A DNA stretch of 64,000 nucleotides from the human T2T-CHM13v2.0 reference genome, Homo sapiens. Positions 40,260-55,070 of this stretch are shown piece by piece. The stretch lies in the NCBI RefSeq assembly GCF_009914755.1, contig NC_060927.1; one strand, 5' to 3'. Numbering within the stretch: the first letter of the stretch is position 1; each line of letters opens with the position of its first letter. The position numbers and the translations under genes are program-made. The notes under the pieces are model-generated. The model was not told the DNA's origin and made no database searches. It saw only the letters and a list, made by a program, of their open reading frames with translations.

Positions 40260-41792
40260 AGCTTTAACTTTCATGTCATTGGATCATATCAGCCACCTTG
40301 GTGATATCAACAACTCTCATTCACATACAAATAACTCTTGTTTGTATGTTTACAACTCCCAAATTCATATTTCCAGTCTAGACTTCTCCCTGAACTTCAG
40401 TGTTCTATACCCAAGGGCCTAGAAAACAACTCATCTTGATTGTCTAATGGGCGTCTCCAACTTATTGTGTCTAAAATCAAATTTCTGGACTTTCTTCACC
40501 TCACCCTCAACCTCTGAAAGTAAAACAATCCATTATTTCAAGTACTCAAGCCAAAAACCTTTAAGTCTTTCTTTACTCTCCTCTTGTTTTCCTCTATATG
40601 CCCATCAAAAAAATCAGCAAAGTCTATTAACACACTTTTGAAAATGTATCCACAACCCAACACTTCTTACCACCTCTATCTCAATCACCCTTCTCCAAGC
40701 CACTGCTATTTCTAGTCTAGATTATGGTATAAGCCTCTAACCAGTCCCTACAACCACCCTTTTCCTGCTATAGTCTACTGCCAGCTCAGTAGCCATAAAG
40801 AGATCTGATCAAACAAATCAGAGCATGCCATTTCTCTGCCTCAGATCCCCCAGTGTATCCCCATCTTGCTCAATGTAAATACCAAAATCTTCATAGGATA
40901 AGGCCCCTCAGGATCTTGCCTAATTATCTTTCCAAACTCATCTCCCTTGATTCTGGCCCTTGCTCACTCAGCTTCAGCCACCATGGCCTCCTTGCTGTCC
41001 TAGAAACAAGCCAGGCACACGTCTGCCTCAGAAACTGTGCCCTGCTGTTCCTTTTGTCTGGAATGCTCTTTCCTCAGATATACCCAAAATTCACTCCCTT
41101 ACCTCCTTTAGGCATTTGCCCAAATACTACCTTATCAGCAAAATCTTCCCTCACCACCCTGTAAAAATTGCAGCACCCTCTCCAGAATCCCTTAGCCCTT
41201 GTTTGTCTTATTCTTGTACACAGCTATTATCATTATCTGACATATTATACATTTTAATTATTTATTTGTTGTATTTATTTATTTTGTCTGTCTCTGATAT
41301 GGTTTGACTGTGTCCTTAGCCAAATCTCATCTTGAATTGTAGCTCCCATACTTCCCACGTGTTGTGGGAAGGACTCAGTGGGAGATAAATGAATCATGGG
41401 AGTGGTTTCCCCCATACTGTTCTTGTGGTAGTGACTAAGTGTCACAAGATCTGATGGTTTTATAAGGGGAAACCCCTTTCGCTTGGCTCTCAAGTCTGTC
41501 TTGCCTGCTGCCATGTAGAAGTGCCTTTCACCTTCCGCCATGACTGTGAGGCCTCCCCAGCCACATGGAACTTCGAGTCCATTAAACCTCTTTTTCTTCG
41601 TAAATCACCCAGTCTTGGATATGTCTTTATCAGCAGTGTGAAAACAGACTAATACAGTCTCCTTCCACTAGAATATAAACCCCATGACGGTAAGGATTTT
41701 TTATTTGTTTTGCCCACACTGTCTCCTCAGGTCTTAAAACAGTATTTGGCACATGGTATGCACCCAATAAACACTTGTCAAATAAATTAATT
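40260..41792 (+). mobile_element. Long L2 3' segment split by THE1
   Basis: AACTCCCAAATTCATATTTCCAGTCTAGACTTCTCCCTGAACT..TGGCACATGGTATGCACCCAATAAACACTTG. Confidence 0.85.
41295..41656 (+). mobile_element. THE1 (B/C-like) solo LTR
   Basis: TGATATGGTTTGACTGTGTCC..CAGACTAATACA with a perfect 5-bp TSD GTCTC (41290-41294, 41657-41661). Confidence 0.95.
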
Positions 41793-42704
41793 ATCCCCTT
41801 AGAGTGGATGTAAGAGCCTCCAGCATAACCCTAACCCTAACCCTTTCACCACCCCCACCATGATGAAATATGGTGGATAACTTGCTGTGCATAAGATAAT
41901 GAGAAGAACTTGAGATGCTCTAAAGAATGAAGAAAAGAAAAATTAAGGCAAGATGTAGAGAGAAGGGCCCAGCATTTCTGGGGTCTGCATGCGAGGATCC
42001 AGAGAAAGTTATTCCGTTGGGAGTGGGCCCAAGAGACTGGGGAAATCAGAAATATTTTAGGTGACTTCTAAACTAGTTTGCTGTGGTGTATACAATATAA
42101 ATCTCAATCCTCCATCTTCTCTACAAAAGGTTTATTCTAATTTTTCTTTGCTTGTTAATGCTTATGAGGGGGGTTCTTGTCGGGAAAGTAGAAGAGGATT
42201 GATTGACTTCCACATCCACGCTGGCAGACAGTCAACATGTTCAGATGCAGAAGTCAAAGGCCAAGAGCACAGCTGATATCTGAATTGCACATGCCGGCTT
42301 TAACCTTGCTGTATATTTCCTTGACTGGCTTCTGTTGAGTAGAATGGTGATTTTAACAAGCACCAGGGATTTTAATTAATCAGGCACCTTTCACTGTGGC
42401 TCTGGTCCAATTCATCTTAGGGCAGCTGCTTTTCTACACATTCTTCAACTCATAATTAGTATCAATAGCCACCACATCCATGTACAGTGTACCAGACAGG
42501 ACAGCCTAGATGGAATCTCTGAGTGAAACTATTTCGTTTCTGACTATTTGGATCATTCAGTCCTAAAATCTTACTCTCCCACGTTTTTCTAATTGGGTTA
42601 GCTTATTTAAAGTAGGTAGCCATTCATCCATTCATTCAAATTTGCTTCCCCACTAAGTTTTGCTAAAGCCTGCTCTTTAGGAGTGCTGCAGACAGAGAAA
42701 TTTC

Positions 42705-42876
42705 TTTTTTTTTTTTTTTTTTTTTTTGAGACGGAGTCTCGCTCTGTCGCCCAGGCTGGAGTGCAGTGGCGGCATCTCGGCTCACTGCGAGCTCCGCCAC
42801 CTGGGTTCACGCCATTCTCCCACCTCAGCCTCCCGAGAGCAGCTGGGATTACAGGTGCCCGCCACCATGCCCGGCT
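42705..42876 (-). mobile_element. 5'-truncated AluY (right arm only)
   Basis: GGTTCACGCCATTCTCC diagnostic; 12-bp TSD AGAAATTTCTTT at 42696-42707 and 42877-42888. Confidence 0.92.
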
Positions 42877-43659
42877 AGAAATTTCTTTGAAGAACAACAA
42901 AGGTGGTCATTTCCCCTGGAGAAGGGCCAGAAAATTAAAATATGGAGATAAGAATCATGTTATTGTTTATTGTTCATATAAAATCACATTAAGATAGTGC
43001 ATTCAATGATAGTTAAACCTATTCACAGAGAGAAAAAAAATTGTGTAGGCTAAAAGACTTATTCACAAAAGCTATATATTTTTAAAATCTACATCCTATC
43101 TGGCTAATTTTATCGACTGTTGTTTTATTCTCATTATATTTCATTGAGTACAAATAGTATGCCATAGGCTAAGAGAGCCGTGAGGCTCCTTTGCCTTCTG
43201 GGCTTTTCTTATTCAGAGAATCTGTTTATGCCCTGAAACTCCAAGTTATGAGCAACCCCTTTCTAGCTTCTTCTTACCGAGCTTTGCTAATCACCAAACC
43301 CTCTTTCCTCTGGGTAGAGATCCTAGAGAGACTGTTATTTTTTTAGCCCTCCTCCAAAAGAATTTTTCACTCTCCAGGTTTTCTACAGGTAAAAAGGTTA
43401 TATATAACCTTTTCAAATCTTTCACATTTTTAAACTCTATTTTATTTAATTCAAATAGCATAAGTGATTTAAAAAAAATAAAATAATGCCTTTTTTCCTA
43501 AATAGGTGGACAAGAACAGGGACTAGCAATAGTATCTATTAGGTAGAAGTTAATAAAACTTACTGAACCCAGGTCAGCACAGCACTGTTGGGGTATATGA
43601 TGGGACATGGAAGAGCTCCACACGTCCCATACTGATTCTCTATGTCATGTCCTGTCATA

Positions 43660-44560
43660 CCCCATCACAAGCAATGTGCAAGTCCTAGGTTTAAAAAATT
43701 TACTGACTTAGAGATGGACAATTAGGCCCAAAAAAAATGGAACAGAACAGATAGCCAAGAAGCAGAGGCATGCCTATAAGGACACTTGATGTGTAATAGA
43801 TGAGGCATTTCACAGAAATAGAGAAAGACAGTCATTGAATAAATGGTGTTGGAAAAATTGGTTGTCTATATGGGAAATTTGAAATTGAATACCTACCTTA
43901 CAGCATGCATAATAAATTCCAACTTATTGAGAATTTAAGAATTCAAATACAAAAGGCAAAACATTCAAACTTTTAGAACAAAATAGAGGCAATATCTTTA
44001 TGACCTGAAGGTTTTAGGGGAGAAACCTTGTTTCTTGTTTGTTTCTTAAACAAAACATAAGAAGCACAAATCTTATAGGATGAGATTTATTGCTAAATTG
44101 GGCATTAAAATTGTGATCTTAAACTCATAAAATGACACCATAAGAAGGTGAAAAGACAAGGCACTAACTGAGAATGTATGTTTGCAATAAGATAACCAAC
44201 AAAATATTAGTATCCTGAAAATACAGGAACTGTAAATGGTTACAAAAGCAAACAGACAACGCGATAGTTAGGCAAAATATATGAACAAGTACATCTCAGA
44301 ATATAACCAACAAGTATGACATAATCAAAATATTTATTGATATAGTAAATATTTTGTAAATGTTCCTTATAAGTTATCAAGAAAATGCAATAATAAGAAC
44401 TGCAGCCCCACTGGATTGGAAAATAACTAAAAAGTCTAACACCAAGTGCTAGAAGACTATGTTGATAGTAGAAAATGATTTGGCATTACCTGATCGAAAA
44501 TGTACATATTTTATGTAAAACTTATCCATTTCATTCCCACATATCAATTCTCGAAAAACC
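43660..44560 (+). mobile_element. Old L1M ORF2 3' fragment
   Basis: AATGGAACAGAACAGATAGCC; AATAAATGGTGTTGGAAAAATTGG; GAAGGTGAAAAGACAAG. Confidence 0.75.
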
Positions 44561-44719
44561 TCTAAAAATGATAACACAAAATTATACAGCACTCTAGTCT
44601 ATTAAGCACTATTATAGGTACAAGTAGTGTACAAACTGTTGTTTCAATCCATTTTTTCGGTAGGCATTAATAACTTTACTTTTCACCGAGGTTACCTTCT
44701 CACGATCACATAATTGGTG

Positions 44720-45205
44720 AGTGGTGTTGACACCCCCCAGGGTTAATTCCCCTTTCTCCTGGTAATAGCCTCAACTTTTCTCTGGGGATCTGTCCTCTCC
44801 ACTCTTACAGGCTTTGAGTGAGGCTCCATCCAGACATGGTCAATCAAAACACCACTGTTAATGGCTCAGGGTTACCACGATACTTAGGCCTGTCTGATCA
44901 AGCAAACCACAGGACTACTGGAAAAGACTCTTGCCCTTTCATGCTAGTCTAAAGCCTGGAAGGAAATGAGACTAGAATTCTGTAAGCTGCCAAATGGAGT
45001 CTGAGAATAAAGCGGCCAAAGCAGAAGGTAGAGTTGAGAAATGGAAAGAAATTAAGTCTTGATGATGTAACTTACAGCTCTGAGGTACCTAGGTCCAATC
45101 TATGCCCAAACATCTAGATTACTTAGGCAATAAACTCTCTTTTTGCTTAAGTGATTTTGAGTTGCCTTTTCTTCAACTTACAACCCAAAGAATTCTGAAT
45201 GATAC
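44720..45205 (+). mobile_element. MLT1J/K-like LTR
   Basis: CCCCTTTCTCCTGGTAATAGC..TTGCTTAAG..CAACTTACAACCCAAAGAATTCTGAATGATACA. Confidence 0.65.
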
Positions 45206-46289
45206 AATGACCAAATGAAAACTAGAATCCAGATATTCCAATGTCCACTTTTCTTTACACATAAGATGTGGTTGGTAGACTCCAAAAACAACATGAAAAA
45301 AATGAAAATAGTATTTTTGTTTTACTGTGACAATAATCTTTGGGGAATTTTTTTTAGCCTGTTATACAGAAAAATATTTCTGCCTCTTATTTTTATGGTT
45401 GTGTGTCTAGTTTTTATCTTACCCAATTCAAGGTCAACAACTTCATACTCAAAGTACTTTCTTTGTCAAAAATTCCTTTTCAGATGGTCAAGGACAACAT
45501 TGTGTAGTTATAGATAAATGCATTCAAACTACCAATTGTGTTTCAAGGTGATCAAGGTAAGGATATGTGTTAAATTGTTATCATTAAAGGGATTTATACT
45601 ATTTGATTAAACAACATAAATAAAGAATGGTGACACTGCAAATAAATAACATAATCAACAGTGCAAAGTCCTAAACAACATTCCCTCCCCACAGGAGGCT
45701 GGGAGATTGTCGGAGCTGTCACCAAGATGTTCTTGTCTCCTGATAGAGGCTGATGGCACTCAGAGTACCCACCTCACCAACTGGAGTCAATGAACTGTAA
45801 CCGAGGGCTCCAGAAACCGTGCCTGTAATTGCAAAATCTTAATTCCAAACACAGTCTGACAAGTGTAAATGTACATAGGAGGACAACTGCACGGGCTATG
45901 TGAAAGCAGGACTTCCCAGGAATTCCAGAATGGTGATCACCAACATCAATAATAAAAGTCATTTGTAGTCAGAGCAAGTAGGTCAAGGTGTCAAAGGATG
46001 AGCATGACATGTCAACACTGTTGCTAAAATTGAAAAGTCTTCAACGTCTTCTCTGCTTGTTTGCTTCTTTTCTGGCACCTTCTGACTTCCTTTCTCCCTC
46101 ACCCTTCAACCCCCAGCAGCCCAATTCCTTGTCTGTGAAAGCCCCACAAGGAGGCATCCAATTTAGACATAACCCTCTGGGGAACAGCTTAAAGCTCCAA
46201 AATTACGTCTTTCTTTCTCTCTTTCCATTTCACCCAGCGAAATTTCCATTTCCTCATAGAATCATGAGCATTGGAGCCATGCAGTGCTA

Positions 46290-46500
46290 AGTTGCAAACC
46301 AAGCCATGCCATTTACAAGCTAATGAAATTGGGCATGTTAGATAACATTTCAAAGCATCAGTTTCCTCATCTGAAAAATGGGAATAATAATAGCCCTAAC
46401 TCACACAATTGTTGAGAGAATTCAGTGAGATAAAGCATGTAATGTAGTTTGCTCAATATATGGCCCATAGGGAGAGCCTAATTAACCTCAGTAATTATTG
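46290..46500 (+). mobile_element. MIR
   Basis: CAGTTTCCTCATCTGAAAAATGGGAATAATAATAG core. Confidence 0.85.
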
Positions 46501-47114
46501 TTATTGCTGCTACTACTAACAGCAACAAAGATAAGAAAAAGCAATAGCTTTAACCGTCCTATGTAAATGTGTCTATTTTTGAAAAGAAACTTAATTGACA
46601 ACTTAGGGGAAGTACTCATTCACAATTTGTATTTTGCATCCACTGTTTTTTGCCTGTGGGGCTTTCTGTAGAACAGATTGTGTATCTCTTACTGTAGTAA
46701 ATTTCAACATTCCTTTTCATAGAAATCCATCGGCTCTGAAATAAGAAACTTTTATACACAGCCTGTAACCAGCACAAGCCATGCAAAACAATGCATTAGC
46801 CCAGAGATTCATTGCTAGCAATATAAAAGAAGACCTTTCTCCTCTTTTCTTTGGTGATTTATTTTATAAATAAATTGCTTTTCTTTAAAGGTCACTTTGT
46901 TGTTTTAGAGCTCTTTACACCTGACACTATCCTCTTACTGTTAGAAGTTGCAAAAAAAATATTTTAAGCAATATTTTCTAAGATTTTATCCATTACTCAG
47001 TCCAGTGACTAAGTAAGGTGGTTTGCTTGAAAATATAAGTATTATCAAAAATCAAAACAATAAAAAACTTATTTTATGTATCTTCCACCTAGGTAAGAAA
47101 TAATAGTTTATTGC

Positions 47115-47375
47115 AATTAATACTTATTGAATACTTACTATATGCTTGGCAATATACATTAGGGTTTATATGTGTCATCTTACTAAGTCCTGACAATTAT
47201 TTTATGAGGTAAGTTATTATTATTCTCACTTTTCAAATAAGAAAGCTAAGGCTTTGGTATGTTAAATAATAGAGCCAAAGTCACACAACTAACAAGGGGT
47301 AAAGAGAGGACGGATTATCCATCACTGTAATCCAAGCTGAAGACACTAGCCAGACTCAAACCTTTAACCATGACA
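47115..47375 (-). mobile_element. MIR
   Basis: TTATGAGGTAAGTTATTATTATTCTCACTTTTCAAATAAGAAAGCTAAGGCT. Confidence 0.8.
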
Positions 47376-47694
47376 CCTCCAAAAGAAAATGTTGGGGAAT
47401 GTAAATCAGGGTAGTTTTGAAGATATGAATCGGAACAGCCAATTTCAGTAAATCTTGTAGACTCCATCCTCTTGGCCTTTGGAACTTCTATCCTGAACTT
47501 CCTATCCACTAAGAGGAGATCTGAGAATTACCTTATTCTAATGCAGATTTATCATGAAAAAAATCAGATACAGTGATATTTGTCAACCTAGAACATACAC
47601 TATTTCCTTCCATCCTCCCTATAATCCTTTGAGATGGATATTGACACCACATTACAAATGAGGAAATATGGTTCTGAGAGTTTAAGTCAGAAAG

Positions 47695-47905
47695 ACCAGA
47701 GCTGCTTTTAGATCATATGGATGTTCTTTTTGGTCTACATTAAAACATTTGAGCTAGCATTTAAAAATAAGACGATTACATGCTTAAAAACCCAGATTAC
47801 GTGCTAAAAATCCAGATACCCAGATTCTATAGAAAATTTCAAATTTCTGAAAACACCAGCTACATTCCCTTATGGCAATCACCAGCTAAAGATGAGGACT
47901 AGTTG
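47695..47905. mobile_element. MER102-like hAT MITE within a MIR
   Basis: AAAAATCCAGAT..CATTCCCTTATGGCAA. Confidence 0.5.
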
Positions 47906-48319
47906 CCCAAGGCCCATCCTCAGTGGCTATTACTATCTCCATCAGACAGCATCATCATTCCATTCTAAAATGAGTCTCTGTTGGCTCCCTCCACTCATGA
48001 GAACAGGCAGACTATTATGGTCAGTTATGGACTGGTCCTCAAAAGGCCCTGGCCATGTGTCCACTCTGACACTGTTACCATTGTCAAAAGATGCTGAAAT
48101 GCCAAGAGTCACAGAGGAATGATGCAGGAGCAAGGACAATGAATGCATCCTCTCTGTCTGCTGGAAACACTTCTTGCCACAAGACACATTTTAAAAATTG
48201 TTACGGAATATTGTTTTCATTAGTTGTTTTATATAAGAATCTAGTATGTGGACAGCCTTTGTGGTTTTGTCACATGACTTCCCTAGGAGTAGTTCTAATA
48301 AAAAGACTTAGATCACACA

Positions 48320-48740
48320 GTGTTCATTTTCCCCTTTCTTAGAACCCCTAGTTTTAGGTGGGCATATGGCCGCCGAGAAAAAAACTACATTTCTCAGCCT
48401 CCCTTGCAGCTAAGTGTGGCCATGTGACTTACTTCAGATAAATGGGATGTGGACAAACTTCTGGTCTTCCAAAAGATCTATCTAAATACTCTTTTTCTCT
48501 TACCCCAGGCTATATCACCAATACAGACATAAGCCAACATCTGCCATATGGATATTAGAAGGTGATTACAAAGCAATAAGATGGAAGGAATTGGGGTCTC
48601 TGACTGTCCTCATAGAGGAGAGCCACCTTACCATCCCAAGACAGCTCATTCTGGTTCCTTTGGGGATAAATCAATTTTAACATACTTAAGCCACTAGAGT
48701 TTTATATATCTTTGTTACAGCAGCCTTCTTCCCCTTATCC
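48320..48740 (+). mobile_element. MLT1H/I-like LTR
   Basis: ACTACATTTCTCAGCCTCCCTTGCAGCTAAGTGTGGCCATGTGACT..TTTGTTACAGCAGCC. Confidence 0.75.
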
Positions 48741-49584
48741 AATCCCATTCTGCCCATTTTCAGTCATCCTTTGTCATTCCTTGAATTTCAGAGGATGAGG
48801 TGTGTGCTTCCTTCACTGTGTAAAGTACAGCCTTAAATTCTGACACAGCTTCTTGGGAGAAGTGAGACCTTGGGCAACCCTTTTACCTTCTCTAAACCTA
48901 ATCTGCAAAATAATTGTTGGAATAATTTGTCAAAAGGATTAAATAAAGCCAAACTACCCCGCAGTTCCTGGCATTTTGAACGCATTAAATAAATGTCAGT
49001 GTCAGTCTTTCTCTTTCCTGGTTTAAATCTAATCATCCCGCCAGTGTTCTGAAAGCTCCCTGTTGCCACCAATTACCCACACTTCTCCCATATCTGTAAC
49101 CTCTCCATCTCTTTTGTTCTGTCTATTGGCATATAAACAGATTAAAATTTCTCCCACCCTAAAAATTAAGAATAAGAACTCTGTCAAATCAATAACCACC
49201 CTGACTTTCTCCTCTTCACAACCCAAAATCCACAACGGGTTGCCCACTTTCTCACTTCCCACTCATTCCTCAACCTCCCCCTTCCTTCAATCTGGCTTTA
49301 GCACCCACCACTCCACTGGCATGGCTCAGTAAAGTTGCTAGTGTCTTTCTGATTGCAAAATTCTTCTCTTGTCAGCCTCTGAAGCATTAAGCACTACTGA
49401 CACAAACTCTTTCTGAACATTCATTTCTCACTTACTTCCATGATTTGATCATCTCTGGATTTGACCTCTTAGGAATTCCTTCTGTGTCTCTGCTGTGGTC
49501 CTTTACTTCTTCCCACTTCTTAACTGCTGGTATTCTTCAGGTTGTATTTTGAGAGCTGCAACCAACCAGTATACTTGAGGTGAA

Positions 49585-49950
49585 TTCATTGATGCACTTT
49601 CCAGATGCCCCTGCAAAAATAAAAGACTTCTTACTTTGGCTGCTGGGAGCACTGCTGGCAGAAACACTTAGCAGTCAGCCTTCCTCCAGGAAGAGAGCCA
49701 CCTCACCCTAGGGCAGCATCCCATTCCCACATCAAATTACTGGTTGAATTAGGGATTTAAGGCTCAGCTCCTTTGTCCCAACTCAAAATAAATCTGAAGA
49801 GTCATTGTATTTCAGTACTCGCAGCAGGATCAGCCAAGTTCTTTACTGGGATTTTATCTCAGGTTGACTTCCACCTCCAACTGGACTGCTACACAAGAGA
49901 GAAATAACCTCTGTCTTGCATTTTGGGGTGTCTTTGTCCCAACTTATACA
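49585..49950 (+). mobile_element. LTR16-like fragment within L2 remnants (~49040-50110)
   Basis: GCTGCTGGGAGCACTGCTGGCAGA..ATTTAAGGCTCAGCTCCTTTGTCCCAACTC. Confidence 0.5.
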
Positions 49951-50234
49951 GTCACTATCCAACCTATTTTTTTAAAATGCATACTTGAGCCAGTTGCTCC
50001 ACACTAAAATCTGTCAATGGCACCCCAATTGCCCTTAGGAGAGGATCCACGTTTCTATAAAAAAATGTTTAAAAGACTCCAAATGACTGGGCTTCAATGT
50101 TACCTCCAGATATACTCTCTAGGCAGCCAGGGACATTGTCACTGAGTTAGAGAAGGGCCCTAATTTCCAACCAGGGTTGTAATTCCTATTTTAGGGCCTT
50201 ACACTCAATTTTCTAGAGCTCTGCAAACCAGAAG

Positions 50235-50455
50235 GCGGTACAGTGTAGAGGAATAAGACCAGATGAATCAGACAGACCTGAGTTCACATATGGTCTCCAC
50301 TGTTCCCTGGTGTGACCTCTGAAAAAAGACTTAACTTTCCTGTAAAACAAGTACAATTGCTCACCTCAGGATTGCTTTGAGTGTTAAATCAGATAATATA
50401 TAGTATTTGGCTGAGTGCCACGCATGTAGTAAACACTCAAAAAATATTATTATTG
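50235..50455 (+). mobile_element. MIR
   Basis: TCAGACAGACCTGAGTTC..ACCTCAGGATTGCTTTGAGTGTTAAA..TAGTAAACACTCAA. Confidence 0.75.
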
Positions 50456-50587
50456 CTGCTCTCCTGGCTTTTTAGTTTGTTACAGCATAGAAGCATAGAA
50501 TAACTGCCCCCCCCACCCCCCCCGCCCAAAAACACACACACCTGTCCTCTACCTGAGGATGTGTCAAGGACAGTGCACAGTGAGTGT

Positions 50588-50909
<322 letters not shown>

Positions 50910-51840
50910 TGAGCTTTGTATCTCAAATTATGTCTCTCTAGTTTCAATCTATCCCTGACTCAGCCCAAGCCCTCTCCTACACTCCTGCCTGTCTGGTATA
51001 GTTTGAGAGAGAATTAATAGGTGGTCATGACTTCCTAGTATATGAGCAGCCAAATTCCAGCATTCTTGTGCCTAACTATTACCCCTAAATCCCTCTCTAA
51101 GAGTTCACCCCTTTGAATCATATGCAAGTTGACCCTGGCTTCCTAGTTCTCTCTTGGAGACTTCAGTAATAAAAGTCCTTCATGTAAAGTACCCAAAGCG
51201 TAGCTGCATTGTGGTCCAGTCATGCATTAATTAAAACAAAAAGCCAGCAACTCAAAAGTAATTTTTTTCATTAGCATTTTTACTGCAGTTTCTTGGGAAA
51301 AAAAAAAAAAAGCCAAATAGGGAGCACAGAAGAACTTAGAAATTCTCTTTTCCTTTTCATTCGTTTTCAATTACTCCCAAACCCTGCAGCTACCCCAAAG
51401 TCTCTCAGCTCTTTGTCTAAAGCCAGATACATGCACACAGCCCACCAGAGCAGGCTTGCACTAACTTGAAAAAGCCAATTGTTAAATTTTTAGGAATTTT
51501 GCCAGCAAGCTGTTAAACATAGCCATTATTTAAGATTAAACTATATAAACTTGCAATGAAATAAATTATAAACAGAGATAATAAATATACAATACTCGGG
51601 AGGAAGATGAATAAACATGTAACAACATGGGTGAATCAAAATAATTATGCTGAAGCCAGACAAAAGAAGAGTATATGCTACATGATTCTACTTATATAAA
51701 ACTGTAGAAAACTAATCTATAGTGATAAAAAGCAGATCAGTGGTTGCCTGAGTAGGCAAGGGTAAGAAGTAGTGAAAGTAAGAGATTACAAAAGGGCATA
51801 AGAAAATTTAGGGGAGTAATGGATATATTCATCATCTTGA

Positions 51841-52233
<393 letters not shown>

Positions 52234-52641
52234 AACATTTTAAATAAACACTCAAAATCCATCACTTTCCAGTTATTTTACTATTTTATTACATTTTACT
52301 ATACATTTCCTATACATTTTATCTATACACTTGAAGTTTCTTTACAGCTATTACATCTGTATGTAGAAACACTATATAATGTGCTGCTTGGCATCTCCTC
52401 CCAGCTCCACACCCAATGACGTCACTTTGGTACCTTGAAATTGGCCATGGTTGGGGGATTTACACTATGGAAATCAACAAACACTACAAATCAGAACTTG
52501 ATTTATTGTTCTGTTGACTTCTGACTTTAAAAAGTCATGGAAAAATGCTAATAATGCAGATTAAACTTCAAAACATGTCATGCCTATAGCCATTACACTG
52601 TCAACAGCACAAAATATTAAGAAAATCCACTTTTTAAAAAG

Positions 52642-52773
52642 TGCCAGGCATGGTGGCACATGCCTGTAGTACCAGCTACCAAGGAGGCTGAGGCAAGAGA
52701 ACCGTTTGAGCCCAGGAGTTTGAGACCAGCCTGGGCAACATAGCAAGACCCTCTCTCCGAAGAAAAAATAAAA
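52642..52773 (+). mobile_element. FLAM (free left Alu monomer)
   Basis: Monomer of about 130 bp, TTGAGCCCAGGAGTTTGAGACCAGCCTGGGCAACATAGCAAGACCC, plus A tail. Confidence 0.85.
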
Positions 52774-53057
52774 TACTTTTTTCAGCATTTAAAAGCTATT
52801 ATCTGATTCAGCATAGAAGTCACTCGCTCACATCATTGGCCAATTTGTAAAGTTCCAGCATATTCTTTGTTGTTTTATTTCCTTATGTCTAACTCATTAA
52901 CAAAAATAATAACTGATGCTTATGTTAGAACTATATTCATTTGTCAATTGCAGCCATAGGTTGGCTATGAATACAAGAATTCAGCAAAAATCAATGAAAA
53001 CATTCAATAAGGATCAATTGGTTGTATAGAATTTATAATAAAGAATATTACATTTTA

Positions 53058-53345
<288 letters not shown>

Positions 53346-55070
53346 AAATATCATATATTTAATTTATAAATTATGTGCTTCACAGAAAAATGTATAATAA
53401 ATATATGTATGTATGTACACACACGCAAACACAGTTTTGTTTTCAGGAAGCCAGTTATTAAGCATTTACCAGCACTACACCACTATTATATAATGTTTGT
53501 TTGCCAGATAACCACTCCATTTCTTGGTGTCCCCTGCCCTTTTGTCACCTCAGGTATTTATGGTGTATCTTGTTGGTTGAGAGTTTTTTGTTGTTTTTGT
53601 TTGTTTTTCTTTTTTATTTGTTCATTTTTCCCAATACCCAAATTCTGTATAAGAAAGGAAGAGTCTGGACAGACCACATAAGCAAGAATCCTGCTTCCTT
53701 AGTGAAGAAGGAAAATTGCAATCACTTCAATATAACCTGCTTACTTTGCTTCTCCTTTATTTCTACTCCGTGCATGTTTTTGGCCTAGTGTCTTAGAGCT
53801 GGCAAGGTGATTACACACACCCATGCTTGCTTATGCTTGCTTCAGCATTGCTGGCTACACTCACTTCCCCACTTCCCTTTAAGCTGCCTCAGCAGGGTCC
53901 TGTTGTAAAAGTTAGCATGCATTTGCTAAAGGCATTGCAAAGAGAAGTACAGGTGTTCATTGCATGACATCCACTGGACTCAGATGTGAATCCTAGGATC
54001 TGAGTAAAGGCTTGAGTCCATGATTCTCTGACCATAAAATCATATCAATACTCTGATTACAGAGATAGAAGCATTTCATAGGCTTTCCCGAAAGGCCTGG
54101 AAAGATACAAAAATGAAATTACTCATTTCTCGGGGTGGTAAAAATGTAGGCGAACTTCTTTTCACCTACATTTTGAATTCTACTGTGTTAGAACTCTATT
54201 AATGTCACTATAAATTGTTTGCATAACTATATAAATTAGGAATTTATTTATATGTTGGCATATCAAAATAGAAAAATGGCATTCTTGTTTTGTTTCTATG
54301 CATCCTAATGCACAAAGTGTTATACAAATTTCCTTCTATTCATCCCTATTCCAGGACCCTTCCACCCTCACTCTTATTATCTACTGTTTTCTCTCTATTC
54401 TTGTTTCCTCGCCTTCCTTCATAGCCACAGCTGTTCTCCTCCCACCACCAGTCAGAGCGGCTGCTTCCTGACCCCACAGGGTCTCCACAAGCATGCTCCT
54501 GCTCCCAACAGAACCAAAAAGACCACTGCATCCCCATCCCTGTGGCTGTGTCACCCACTGAACATCCCAAACATGCTCCATTTCCCCAGAAAGTCATTCA
54601 TCATCATCCCTTCATGCCTTTTGAACTGTTTCCTCTTCCTGAAATGTTCTTCTCTGTTACTGACCATGGAAGCCCTACCTCTCTTTCCAAACTCTAGAAA
54701 ATGCCACTTCCTTGGGTAAGTCAAGCTTCTTCCAAGGCCCTGAGGGAATGAATGAGCCCCAGGTCTTGTACTTCCTTAGCCTCTGCCTGGGTCTCTATTG
54801 TCATGCTCCTCTCATGCTGCCTGTCCATGTCCCCTCTACCTGTCTGAGTAAACTCTTATGTTAAACTACACATTCTTGTTCCTGGAACAATGCCTAGCTC
54901 ATTCATAGAACAAATAAATGCCTTGTTCTATAACTCGTTATTTATGTTAATTCAATGAAGTTACTGTGTAAAATGTGTCAGATACTAGGGTAAGTGCTAT
55001 GGATTCTATAAAATAATTAGGCCTAGTCTCTGTGGTCAAGAAGCTTGCAGATAGGTGATGAGGAGGGGTC

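Noticed and set aside
41380-41564. PRDM9 hotspot and DUX4 motifs in THE1
   Set aside because: The sequence has CCTCCCCAGCCAC (lacks the hotspot T) and TAAATGAATCA (mismatch to TAAYBBAATCA).
38695-41792. Inverted L2 pair as a miRNA-type hairpin
   Set aside because: The copies point away from each other, are highly diverged and are interrupted by LTRs; L2-derived miRNAs such as miR-28/151 arise from closely abutting 3' ends.
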